DNA of 64,000 nucleotides from Anthoceros angustus (lineage: Eukaryota > Plantae > Anthocerotophyta): positions 372,001 to 436,000 of the forward strand of contig MU008177.1 of NCBI GenBank assembly GCA_010909165.1, read 5' to 3'. The notes under the pieces are model-generated. The model ran no database searches. It was not told the origin of the DNA and was given only the letters and a program-made list of their open reading frames with translations. How positions within the stretch are numbered: the stretch's first letter is position 1; every line of letters begins with the position of its first letter. The translations under genes and the position numbers were made by a program. Of the stretch, positions 37,461-50,132 are shown piece by piece.

Positions 37461-39976
37461 ACCATCAGCTTGAAGCCCATGCTCTTCAATCTCAAGATGC
37501 AGTTGCTTCCCCTCCTCCAAGCTGGGGCACCCATCAATCGGACATGCATACGCTCCACCAACGCACTGAAGCGTGCGGGAATCGGAGAGCAAGAATCGCT
37601 TGTATGCGAGGTCTCGTCAAGAGCTATTTAACCCATATTGTGCACTAAACATGTAGTACACATTTATATATTTTGAAGTACCCTCTCGAGGATTGTCCTT
37701 CGGGACATCTGATAAAATTGGAACGAAGAGGTCTTTGGACCAGTGGGATGGTACCCCAAGCTTCCACACTTTGCATACATGTTTATCAGGCTGCAACCTA
37801 CAACCAAATCCACCTCAAATCCTCGTTTTGCAAACTGTGCATGAAGCTGCACCCCTGTGCCGGATCCAGGAGCCAGGGGCGTAGCACGCAGTAGAGTAGC
37901 AAGCACTCTGGTACATGAGGACATGGTTATGGCGCACTGAAGGTGGGCCCGCATGCCATGGTATGGCTGATGGCGTCCGGACTCGGCTTCCGCAGGGCTA
38001 GCGGCCGCGAGGTGCAAGCGCACTACACTAGCAGAATCGCGGCCGCATGCACGGATCTGGCCGCCCCGGACAGCTGTGGTCTGCCGGCTCTTTACAGTAC
38101 ACTTGTCACCGGCGTCGGGGCGTTGTTCTCGTGCACTGTAAGCATGGTGCAGTAGTGCTTCACCTTCTCTCATGTACAGTATCTCCTGTACAGTAACCAT
38201 GTACTCATGGTGGAGTAGAGACTGCCAGTGCAGGAACAGAAATGCCTTCCTTTTCCATAGCACTGTAAGCATGGTGCAGTAGTGCTTCACCTTCTCTCAT
38301 GTACAGTATCTCCTGTACCAGGGATGCAGAGGAGAGGGGCTGTCATATCCAAGGATGACACGCACAAATCGAGAAATGGTCCAAATTTTTTCTCAACCTT
38401 GCAAACTCGGCTCTTTGCTTTTGGTAAACCAGCCGAATCAGAGCTCATATACAGTATCTCCTGTACCAGGGATGCAGAGGAGAGGGGCTGTCATATCCAA
38501 GGATGAAGAGAGGTGCAAGCGCACTACACTAGCAGAATCGCGGCCGCATGCACGGATCTGGCCGCCCCGGACAGCTGTGGTCTGCCGGCTCTTTACAGTA
38601 CACTTGTCACCGGCGTCGGGGCGTTGTTCTCGTGCACTGTAAGCATGGTGCAGTAGTGCTTCACCTTCTCTCATGTACAGTATCTCCTGTACAGTATCTC
38701 CTGTACCAGGGATGCCCAGGGCTCCTGTACAGTATCTCCTGTACCAGGGATGCAGAGGAGAGGGGCTGTCATATCCAAGGATGACACGCACAAATCGAGA
38801 AATGGTCCAAATTTTTTCTCAACCTTGCAAACTCGGCTCTTTGCTTTTGGTAAACCAGCCGAATCAGAGCTCATATACAGTATCAGGAAAGGCCTGGTGG
38901 AGATCAATTGAAGCAGGTGGAGGACGCAGGGGCGGGAGGAGGGGGCGGCTGCAGTGACGGGCTCGTTATGAGGGCGTGCTTGCGATAGGCGGTGGAGATC
39001 AATTGAAGCAGGTGGAGGACGCAGGGGCGGGAGGAGGGGGCGGGAGGGGCCGGGAGGCGGGTTTTGGCCCAGGACGGGGTAGGTGCAGGGAGGCAGGATG
39101 GCCAAGAAAAGGAAAGCAGAGATTGGGAAACACAACTGTCACTTTGAACCAGAACTCCTAGAGCTTCAACAGCCTGATCGAGCGGCCCCTGCGCACATAA
39201 TTTCCTCACGGTGTCAGCTCTAAGGTCCCTTTCGTATCCTGCAACCCTGCAGTGCCAGAATTATCCACCCACGCTGGCTTCTCGAAATGTTCAAGCCAGA
39301 TGACCCCGTGGGACACCATATGTCGGAGGTGGGGAGAACACGAGATCCTCTTACGTTGCCGGCAATCCCACGAGACTGTACGATCCAGGGAATAATTTCG
39401 CCAAAAAGCTCCTGCCGCCCACCTCGCTGCAGAAACTTCTCCCAGCCAAACATTCCCTGTCACGGCCTGAATCTGTCGCAAGGCTGCTGCCTCTCGAGCC
39501 TTCATTGTTCGCCAAAGGTGCACACCTTGGAATCAGGCAGCAGTTAGGAAGACGTAGTACCATAACAATTTTGTCGTCAGGGCAAGATCATGGGAAGATT
39601 CTGTTTCCGCCGAGTTGTTCCGATTTGAGCATCTTCCAAGCTTCCACACTTTGCATACATGTCCACCAAGCAAGTTCCTAGATACAAATGAAGCTCAACC
39701 GCACTGGCCAATACATCCGCATGCACGGATCTGGCCGCCCCGGACAGCTGTGGTCTGCCGGGAGTGAGCCGCAGGTGCGTGAGTCTTCCAGCCGGGCCCC
39801 GGATTTGTGCCTTTGCCTTGTTTTGCTTACCCCTGTGTTGCTGGTGGCGAGCCCCTGATGGTGGGATGTGGTTGCACAGAAACGTGTCCGACTCATACCC
39901 CTTTCAAAATCAGAGTATGAACAAGGCGACCCAGAACCAGATCCTTCTTCACCACACATCCTTTCAGCACAGTATA

Positions 39977-40556
39977 AAGCAGAGAGTCAGGGGATGGACG
40001 AGGTGGAGGACTATCTTCACGTCCTTCTGTGTAGCGGCGAATGCCATCTCGCAGATGTATACGCAAACCCAGCAGCAGCACAAAATTGCTTTCCAGGCAG
40101 GGGAGCGGCAGGCGTTGGAGAAGCTTTACATGTGGCTGCAGAAGGAGCAGCAGCAGGGGTCCAACACCACGGTAGCTCAGGTTCTGGACCATGTGCGGAG
40201 CCAGTTGGAGGGGGTGTCTGGCCGGGATGAGGTGGCAATGCCGCCTGGCCCTCATACGCAGCCCTGGGGTTTTCTGTGCCGCAGCTTGCACACCATGGTG
40301 CTTCTGGGAACCATCAGGCTGGGGTGGAGTCGGTGGGGTTTCAGGGGATGCCCAGGGCTCCTGTACCAGGGATGCAGAGGAGAGGGGCTGTGGGTGGTGG
40401 ATTGGAATCACTGCACGAGCCCAATTCGCAATATGCTAGGCACCAGGATTTTCCAACCTCTTATAATCCATACACCCAGGGGGCAGCCTGCCCTACGGCC
40501 ACAACCCCCACAATCAGGAAAGGCCTGGTGGAGATGATGCCAGTATGGATATGTGA
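39977..40556 (+). CDS. Conserved plant protein [36 protein letters not shown]... (resembles the TAPR1/HAPSTR1, DUF4588-like family); most complete copy; other pieces at 41500-41923, 47415-47715, 51037-51370, 53610-53780
   Basis: Helical N-terminal domain F..AAN.ISQ.YTQ....[15 protein letters not shown] followed by a low-complexity G/P/Q/H tail ending GGDDASMDM*. Family assignment is from memory of the motif. Confidence 0.7.
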
Positions 40557-42859
40557 GCGAACTGTGCCTGACGTTCCAAGTTACGGCCCGGCTCACAAGG
40601 AAACTTGCGCACATGGCCGTTGCCTATGGTGGACAAGGGAGTAGCAGGCTTCAGGTCAGTGCAGCTGTGCCTGGCCACGCACCATTTGAGTTGATGCAGC
40701 AAGGCATCATGAATTGTATATGCTGGGTTTTCTTCTTCCCTTGTGAGAGTGCGTATCGGGAAAGTCTGTCAAAGGGTTACTGGACTTCATGCAGCAGTTA
40801 GGAAGACGTAGTACCATAACAATTTTGTCGTCAGGGCAAGATCATGGGAAGATTCTGTTTCCGCCGAGTTGTTCCGATTTGAGCATCTTTCGCAGACTAT
40901 TTTTCAATCCGTGTGCAGGATTTAGAGCCGCGGTGGGATGTTGCCATACAACGTTGATGTCAATGTTAGCCAGCAAGTGTTCGATTTGTGCAGATCATGA
41001 GCATTCAACCTGCTCAACGTCGAGTGACTCAGGCTTGAGGCAATGAGCGGCATGGATGTAGACGTGCTTCAGTATCGGCAGTGGTAATCCAGAATTAGGT
41101 GTCAGCTCTAAGGTCCCTTTCGTATCCTGCAACCCTGCAGTGCCAGAATTATCCACCCACGCTGGCTTCTCGAAATGTTCAAGCCAGATGACCCCGTGGG
41201 ACACCATATGTCGGAGGTGGGGAGAACACGAGATCCTCTTACGTTGCCGGCAATCCCACGAGACTGTACGATCCAGATTCCGACTCGGTGCTCTTTATTG
41301 ACGGCAAATGGGCGCCTCAATTAAGGGCCATCCCTGTGATCAATCCGGCGACTGAGGAGACAATCGGTCAGTCTTGACACGTTGAAGCGGGGCTGGTTGC
41401 GCTGAGGTCGTGTGGTGTATCTTGTCCCTGGTATTCAGATAAAAGCACCTCATCACCAGGGAATAATTTCGCCAAAAAGCTCCTGCCGCCCACCTCGCTG
41501 CAGAAGGAGCAGCAGGGGTCCAACACCACGGTAGCTCAGGTTCTGGACCATGTGCGGAGCCAGTTGGAGGGGGTGTCTGGCCGGGATGAGGTGGCAATGC
41601 CGCCTGGCCCTCATACGCAGCCCTGGGGGTTTTCTGTGCCGCCGCAGCTTGCACACCATGGTGCTTCTGGGAACCATCAGGCTGGGGGTGGAGTCGGTGG
41701 GGTTTCAGGGATGCCCAGGGCTCCTGTACCAGGGATGCAGAGGAGAGGGGCTGTGGGTGGTGGATTGGAATCACTGCACGAGCCCAATTCGCAATATGCT
41801 AGGCACCAGGATTTTCCAACCTCTTATAATCCATACACCCAGGGGGGCGGCCTGCCCTACGGCCACAACCCCCCGCACAATCAGGAAAGGCCTGGTGGAG
41901 ATGATGCCAGTATGGATATGTGAGCGAACTGTGCCTGACGTTCCAAGTTACGGCCCGGCTCACAAGGAAACTTGCGCACATGGCCGTTGCCTATGGTGGA
42001 CAAGGGAGTAGCAGGCTTCGGGTCAGTGCAGCTGTGCCTGGCCACGCACCATTTGAGTTGATGCAGCAAGGCATCATGAATTGTATATGCTGGGTTTTCT
42101 TCTTCCCTTGTGAGTGCGTATCAGGAAAGTCTGTCAAAGGGTTACTGGACTTCATGCAGCAGTTAGGAAGACGTAGTACCATAACAATTTTGTCGTCAGG
42201 GCAAGATCATGGGAAGATTCTGTTTCCGCCGAGTTGTTCCGATTTGAGCATCTTTCAGACTATTTTTCAATCCGTGTGCAGGATTTAGAGCCGCGGTGGG
42301 ATGTTGCCATACAACGTTGATGTCAATGTTAGCCAGCAAGTGTTCGATTTGTGCAGATCATGAGCATTCAACCTGCTCAACGTCGAGTGACTCAGGCTTG
42401 AGGCAATGAGCGGCATGGATGTAGACGTGCTTCAGTATCGGCAGTGGTAATCCAGAATTAGGTGTCAGCTTAATGGGATAGGTTGAGCACTTCCTTTGTT
42501 CGAGCTGTCAGCGTTGTGTCAGACGCATCGTCGGTGAGGTACCGATAGCGTCCTATCCGCTTCAATAAGCCGCTTAAAGTTGCAAGCAAAGCTCCGGGCA
42601 CCCATCAATCGGACATGCATACGCTCCACCAACGCACTGAAGCGTGCGGGAATCGGAGAGCAAGAATCGCTTGTATGCGAGGTCTCGTCAAGAGCTATTT
42701 CTGCTAAGGTTTGTTGAGCTGTGAGTTTTGTGTGTACTGTGGTGGAAGCTATCTATCGGATGCTTGCGTTTATTGTTGTGGGCATGTATGACATAAGGAG
42801 TACGAGTATCGTTATGGTCATCTCAGTTAACTGGAGCTTAGCAAGTTGGGTGCTCATGC

Positions 42860-43860
42860 TGTATCTTGTGACACCAGGTCCAGGAGCGAAAATCAGAGCT
42901 TGCACGCCTGGAAACTCTGGATTGTGGCAAACCCATTGATGAAGCAGAATGGGATATGGTAAATGCCCGTCTTCCTTCAGGGTTGCTGTGTGCCGGTGCT
43001 GGTGGTTCTGTACATCAGTGAATTTGCGTAGGGAGGGACTGAAATCTTGTATTCTGTAGAATGTCTGAACTCTGCTTCTGATGCTGCGGTCCACAGGATG
43101 ATGTCGCAGGTTGCTTCGACTACTATGCTGGCCTTGCAGAGGCCTTGGATGACAAACAATATGCTCCTGTTGAGCTTCCAATGGACACTTTTAAAAGTTA
43201 TGTGTTGAAGGAAGCCATAGGGGTTGTTGGCCTCATTACTCCATGGTGAGTGGTAATCACGGTCTTGATATCAACATCGTATTTCTGATTTCCCAGTCCA
43301 AGTCATAGGTAACTCTGATATTTTATATGCACTGACCAGGTAAAACCTGTCTGCAGGAATTATCCGCTTCTCATGGCCACATGGAAGGTTGCTCCAGCAT
43401 TAGCAGCGGGATGCACGGTGGTGCTGAAGCCATCAGAGATGTCGTCTGTGTATGATAGTTTTCCCATGTAACTCCTGATCAAAGTTACAGTGAATATGAC
43501 CCAGGTTGTGCTAAGATTTTTGGGGTATTTGCTTCCAGGACGTGCCTAGAACTTGCGAAAATCACTGAGGATGTTGGTCTTCCCCCAGGGGTTTTCAATA
43601 TTATAACTGGGTTGGGCAAGGATGCAGGTGCACCTCTAGCATCGCATCCAGATGTTGATAAGGTGAGCTCTTTTCCTTCAAGGACACATTCTTGCTCGCA
43701 GACTTCACAAAGCAGGCAGGCGTTTGACAAGGATCGTGTTGGCTCACAGCTCAACTGATTGTTTTGAGTTGCTTCTAAATCAATGACAGATAGCCTTCAC
43801 AGGCAGCACAGCCACAGGGCAGTCTGTTGCAACCTCAGCAGCGGCAACCATCAAGGTTGG
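42860..43860 (+). CDS. ALDH10A: ALDH10 exons from [19 protein letters not shown] to [10 protein letters not shown]...IK
   Basis: [98 protein letters not shown], separated by short GT-AG introns. Confidence 0.9.
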
Positions 43861-43982
43861 TTGCTTATGATTGGCACAGGAATCTTGTGACACCAGGTCC
43901 AGGAGCGAAAATCACTGAGGATGTTGGTCTTGAATGTTGTTGCTAAGGTTTGTTGCTCTGTCTCCTCTCTTGGGCTACGAAA

Positions 43983-44800
43983 ATGGAGCACATGCCGCTG
44001 CTCGTGATGAATATCTCACTGCCCGGGCTCGTCCTCTCGGGTATCGGCGCGATTGCGGCCTACTACGTTTTGCTTCCGTTGTTTATGTCATGCGGGCATT
44101 GTGTCATCCTTTACTGCTGGCGGTCTCCCAAGTGAGTGTGTCCCACCTCAAACCCCCTACGCATTTGCCTTTCCGCCTGTATTCGATGACGAAGGCATTG
44201 TTGTTTGCAGAGCTATTACGTCCGACTTGAGGAGGCGAATACGCCGGACTTCTTTTCAGGACTTCGTTTGGCCCCTAGTGCTGACAATCGTAGTGGGCCT
44301 GATGCTGGCAGCCAACGTTCCGCAAAGACCAGGCCCAGATTACGGCTCGCCACCACCTGAGATGGATCAGGACGACTACCAGGACGACGAAACCCATTAT
44401 GCTACTCTAGGTCTTTCACCAGGGGCGACATGGAAGGAAGTGCAGAAAGCTTATCACGAGCTGGCCTTGGAATGGTTAGTCTGCCGGCTCTTTGCTTTTG
44501 GTAAACCAGCCTTGTTACTTGCATGTGTTTTCCCTTAGTGTGGATGTCTCAGAGCAAAAGGTGGTTCGGTTGTGGCAGGCACCCGGACAAGCATCCTCCC
44601 AACAAGCGCGTGTATGTCAAGACTGTGTTCTTACAGGTCCTATCCTCCTTACATGCTCAAAGAGTTGCAGAGCGCACATGAGCACCTCGCGAAGCCCCCC
44701 CTTGCCAAGAGAACATCACACCCTTGTCCTTGTGCTGCAGGTCACTGACGCCTACGAGCATCTGCGGAGGAGGCAGACTCGTCGGGGGCGGTCATCTTGA
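43983..44800 (+). CDS. Membrane-anchored J-domain (DnaJ/HSP40 type C) protein, four exons
   Basis: Hydrophobic segments then THYATLGLSPGATWKEVQKAYHELALEW. Splicing 44475-44578 restores W-HPDK (44580-44591), then KTVFLQ/VTDAYEHL; stop at 44800. Confidence 0.85.
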
Positions 44801-45327
44801 GCTCTCCCTCTTGCCAGACATCAAATTCTGTGGCCCATCTTTTGGTCGGATCTTTGCTAATTGTCATGGAGAAGTACCCCAAGCTTCACTCGTGCACTGT
44901 AAGCATGGTGCAGTAGTGCTTCACCTTCTCTCATGTACAGTATCTCCTGTACAGTAACCATGTACTCATGGTGGAGTAGAGACTGCCAGTGCAGGAACAG
45001 GCATTCCCGAAAATTTCGATAATTGGATGATTACCGGCAGAGATTCTGTGTAGTATTGCAAGATAAGGATCAATGTGTGCCCCAACAGCAGGAAAAACTC
45101 GGCTCTTTACAGTACACTTGTCACCGGCGTCGGGGGCGTTGTTCTCGTGCACAAGGTTGTCGTAGGATCTGAGCATCCGTTCTCGAAGGGGGTGCCACGC
45201 CTGGAAGCAGTACCCACCATCACATTAGGCGGGGAAGAGGCTCTGGGGTTTCACGCCGGCCTTCGTGCAGTGCAGTGGGTGTGGCTTAAGGCTAAGCCAC
45301 TGGCCGCGGTGTCCAGTTGGGGTGGCC

Positions 45328-45670
45328 ATGACGATCCAGATTCCGACTCGGGTGCTCTTTATTGACGGCAAATGGGCGCCTCCAATTAAGGGCGGCCGTA
45401 TCCCTGTGATCAATCCGGCGACTGAGGAGACAATCGGTCAGTCTTGACACGTTGAAGCGGGGGCTGGTTGCGCTGAGGTCGTGTGGTGTATCTTGTCCCT
45501 GGTATTCAGATAAAAGCACCTCATCACCAGGGAATGGTTGTCGATGTGGTTATCAGGGGACATTCCGGCAGCAACTCCTGAAGATGTGGACGCAGCTGTA
45601 AGAGCTGCCAGATTGGCTCTTGTGAGAAACAAGGGGCAAGACTGGGCAAAGGCCTCTGGAAAGCTTAGAG
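45328..45670 (+). CDS. ALDH10A: ALDH10 first two exons
   Basis: [37 protein letters not shown] / [27 protein letters not shown], the typical aminoaldehyde/betaine aldehyde dehydrogenase N-terminus; intron 45437-45556. Confidence 0.92.
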
Positions 45671-47789
45671 GACTGATCTTCACGGTTCTGATTTAAATGG
45701 AGTTCGTCTGCAGCTGTGAGTTTTGTGTGTACTGTGGTGGAAGCTATCGAATATGCATCATGTTGCAGGCTCGGACCAGTGGTTAGCGAGGGCCAGGTAT
45801 GCACCTCATAGCATATCGGATATCATGGTCGTACTTATTGACCTAAATTGTTCAAAAGCGAACATTTGTGGCCTGGTTGCTTATGATTGGCACAGGAATC
45901 TTGTGACACCAGGTCCAGGAGCGAAAATCAGAGCTCATATACAGTATCGCTGAAAATGACATTTTGTGCCTTTGCCTTGCTCGGCAAGAGTCCCATCATT
46001 GTGTTTGATGATGCAGATGTCACTAAAGGTAAGCTAATATCGGCCCTTAGTCCAGCTTAGTTTTTGCTGCTTTTTCTTTTCGCAGCTGTGAGTACAGACA
46101 AATGTGGTTCTGTACATCAGTGAATTTGCGTAGGAGGGACTGATCTTCACGGTTCTGATTTAAATGGAGTTCGTCTGCAGCTGTGAGTACAGACAAATGT
46201 GGTTCTGATCTGCGAGGAGCCATGTTCACCAAGGTGAGCTCTTTTCCTTCAAGGACACATTCTTGCTCGCAGACTTCACAAAGCAGGCAGGCGTTTGACA
46301 AGGATCGTGTTGGCTCACAGCTCAACTGATTGTTTTGAGTTGCTTCTAAATCAATGACAGATAGTGATGCTTATGTTGGTAAGCTTGTAAAGTCCAGATC
46401 TGAGCGAATAATTCTATCTTGCAGGCCTTACTGGCGGGCATCGTCTGGATAAACTGCTCATGAACTTCTCTTCAAGTCCTTCATAAACTCTGAAAAGATA
46501 ATGAGCTCTAAGGTCTAACCATGATGGGCCCTGGTTCATTATGGGGCTGGCCTGGTTGCTCCAGCATTAGCAGGATGCACGGTGGTGCTGAAGCCATCAG
46601 AGATGTCGTCTGTGTATGATAGTTTTCCATGTAACTCCTGATCAAAGTTACAGTGAATATGACCCAGGTTGTGCTAAGATTTTTGGGGTATTTGCTTCCA
46701 GCGCTCGGCCTGGGCCCTAAATCAGCGGACGAGTCTGCCCAGGTCTAGGTTCTGCAGAGCATGTGATGTTAGGGTGAAGCATATGAATACGTGCGCAGCA
46801 TGGAGACAGTGGTGAGGGAGTGGAGTCGACAGGAGATGGTAGGGAAGTGGCAGCTTCCGCGTGACACTATCTGGGTTAGCTCAGGAGCCCTGGCCTGGCT
46901 GCACCCCTGTGCCGGATCCAGGAGCCAGGGGCGTAGCACGCAGTAGAGTAGCTTGAAGCACTCTGGTACATGAGGACATGGTTATGGCGCACTGAAGGTG
47001 GGCCCGCATGCCATGGTATGGCTGATGGCGTCCGGACTCGGCTTCCGCAGGGCTGGCGGCCGAGGTGCAAGCGCACTACACTAGCAGAATCGCGGCCGCA
47101 TGCACGGATCTGGCCGCCCCGGACAGCTGTGGTCTGCCGGGAGTGAGCCGCGGTGCGTGAGTCTTCCGGCCGGGCCCCGGATTTGTGCCTTTGCCTTGTT
47201 TTGCTTACCCCTGTGTTGCTGGTGGCGAGCCCCTGATGGTGGGATGTGGTTGTGCTGGTGGGCGGCTGCAGTGACGGGCTCGTTATGAGGGCGTGCTTGC
47301 GATAGGCGGTGGAGATCAATTGAAGCAGGTGGAGGACGCAGGGGCGGGAGGAGGGGCGGGAGGGGCCGGGAGGCGGGTTTTGGCCCCAGGACGGGTAGGT
47401 GCAGGGGAGGCAGGATGGCCAAGAAAAGGAAAGCAGAGAGTCAGGGGATGGACGAGGTGGAGAGGACTATCTTCACGTCCTTCTGTGTGGCGGCGAATGC
47501 CATCTCGCAGATGTATACGCAAACCCAGCAGCAGCATTGCTTCCAGGCAGGGGAGCGGCAGGCGTTGGAGAAGCTTTACATGTGGCTGCAGAAGGAGCAG
47601 CAGGGGTCCAACACCACGGTAGCTCAGGTTCTGGACCATGTGCGGAGCCAGTTGGAGGGGTGTCTGGCCGGGATGAGGTGGCAATGCCGCCTGGCCCTCA
47701 TACGCAGCCCTGGGGTTTTCAATATTATAACTGGGTTGGGCAAGGATGCAGGTGCACCTCTAGCATCGCATCCAGATGTTGATAAGGTG

Positions 47790-48330
47790 AGCTTTTAGTT
47801 CATTGGTCATGAGCCAGCCACCTGCTACTGCATGCCCAGGTACCTATTTGTCAAGCATCTCAGATGATGAAGTGGGTAATCTCAGTCAGTATTTCCATGT
47901 GAACAGGCGGTCCTTTATCGGGCAAATCTCGAAGAGGCAGACCTATCAGATGCTCTTATCGACAGAGCTGTTCTGAACGAGTCAAACCTGTGCAATGCGA
48001 TTCTTCGAGGGCATGGCTGGCACTCACAGATTTAGCAGGGCTAATGTAACCGGGCGGACTTCACCGATGCCATCATCGACAAATTCCAGGCACCACCTAC
48101 ACCATTCCCCAGCACAGCCAGCACCCACCCAACTCCTTACCAGGGCTCGCTCTCACCGTTCATGCTTCTTGTTCGCAGGTGAAGCAACTCTGCGAGCGTG
48201 CAACAGGGTGAATTCCTTGACTGGTGTGGACACTCAGCAGAGCCTCCGGTGTGACACCATCCAGTTCTACAAGGGATCAGGAAGTGAGCTCCATCGTACA
48301 TAGCAAGCTTGTCCTCATAAGATAGCATCA
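47790..48330 (+). other. Redundant partial copy of the pentapeptide-repeat gene 3' half
   Basis: Matches about 57826-58350 with several 1-2 nt deletions. Confidence 0.8.
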
Positions 48331-48554
48331 TAAGACACTGAAAGCTGAGCACTTGAGACACCGGAGCTTCTCTCGCACATTCAATGTCCTCCACCTTGCG
48401 CTGGCACAGAGTTGTCTTAAAGGCCTTAAGCGGCTACGAGCTTAGGGTTCGGACACTTTGAGCCGGCTGAACCCCTCAAAGTCGATTTGAGAGACTGACA
48501 CGACGACGGCTAACGAGCAGCATCAGCTGCTGTGATGCAGCAACAGCTCAGGCT

Positions 48555-48876
48555 TTGAGGAGGCAAGCTGCCAACTTCATGTCACCCGGAGCAAGGATGG
48601 CCAGGCTGGGTACCAACGGTGGGTCGCCAGCAATCCCCTGCGTTACCTTCGGCCTGGAGGCCTTCTGCGAAGCTTCATGCTGCAGACTGGCATGGCGTGG
48701 CGGTTACGTCCCAGGCTGCGTCCACAGGGGTGGTGGGCAGTTGCTCGTTGAGGAAGGTGTGTATGCCGGCGTACGAGGACCTTTGCAGGAAGCATTGCCT
48801 AAGGCATCTATCTCTGTCGGTGGCTTCTGTGGGAAGGCCGAGGAAAGTGGTTATGGTGTCGAAGTCGCAGCTGTGA
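48555..48876 (+). other. Redundant partial copy of the OSB gene 5' end
   Basis: Matches about 58594-58915, then switches into an ALDH10 intron at GCAGCTG. Confidence 0.8.
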
Positions 48877-50132
48877 GTACAGACAAATGTGGTTCTGATT
48901 TAAATGGAGTTCGTCTGCAGCTGTGGAGTGGGCCATGTTTGGTGCATTTTGGACTAATGGCCAGATTTGTAGTGCTACTTCCCGCCTCCTGATCCAGGTG
49001 GGGCTTGCTTTAGTTTCTCGTTTCCTAAGTTGAATTTAGTCCTCGGCAAAGCAGTCTCTCTGAGATCTCAATGCATGCCTTTGTAGGAAGGAATAGCTGC
49101 AGAGTTCCTTGAGAAGCTGCGGGTTTGGTGTGAGAGCATCAAGATCACGAATCCACTGGAGAAGGATTGCAGGCTCGGACCAGTGGTTAGCGAGGGCCAG
49201 GTATGCACCTCATAGCATATCGGATATCATGGTCGTACTTATTGACCTAAATTGTTCAAAAGCGAACATTTGTGGCCTGGTTGCTCCTGTGCAGTACAAG
49301 AAGGTTCTGAAGTACATTGAAGTTGCAAAGAGCGAGGGCGCAACTCTTCTGTGTGGAGGAAAGCGGCCCAAGGTAAAAGAAGTTGATGAAGTTATTCTGA
49401 GCTGGATCGGTGTCAAGTATACGGTCTGCTGCGCCCTTATCATCTCCTGACTTGCAGAACTTAGAGAGGGGATACTACGTGGAGCCGACGGTGTTCACGA
49501 ATGTGAAGAAGTCCATGCAAATTTGGAACGAAGAGGTCTTTGGACCAGTGTTGGCTGTGACAACCTTCAAGACAGAAGAAGAAGCTATCGAATATGCAAA
49601 TGACACGCAGTAGGTTTCTCATGCCGCTACTCCACACTCCTGGAGTCAAGGGAAAGGTCTGTAACGAGAGGCCTGTATCTGCAGGTACGGGCTCGGAGGG
49701 GCTGTCATATCCAAGGATGAAGAGAGGTGCAAACGGATTTCAGAAGTAAGTCGAGCTCACGCATAACTGGATCACGCCGGACAGATAGTGATGCTTATGT
49801 TGGTAAGCTTGTAAAGTCCAGATCTGAGCGAATAATTCTATCTTGCAGGCCTTACTGGCGGGCATCGTCTGGATAAACTGCTCCCAGCCCTGTTTCTGTC
49901 AAGCACCGTGGGGTGGAGTGAAGCGCAGTGGCTTCGGACGGGAACTGGGAGAGTGGTAAGGACGATGCTTCAAGCAAATCTTTCCGACAGACGAAACAAA
50001 ACCAAGCCAGTTCTCACCAATGTTGGTTATCGGAATGGCAGGGGACTCGAGAACTACCTCTCTGTGAAGCAAGTGACCAAGTACATATCCGCGGACCAGT
50101 GGGGATGGTACCCCAAGCCCTCCAAGCTGTGA
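48866..50132 (+). CDS. ALDH10A: ALDH10 (aminoaldehyde/betaine aldehyde dehydrogenase) C-terminal exons ending in PTS1
   Basis: Catalytic Cys in [72 protein letters not shown]. Confidence 0.93.

Noticed and set aside
37690-38820. Extra U6 genes or trans-assembled U6 halves
   Set aside because: The 5' half (37690) and 3' halves (about 38350, 38778) each break at 9-bp words shared with ALDH10; part of the patchwork.
39764-40537. 257-aa ORF, and other long ORFs in 37664-42011, as novel proteins
   Set aside because: They cross several microhomology junctions and consist of out-of-frame pieces of PPR-C, the MAKKRK gene and intergenic DNA.
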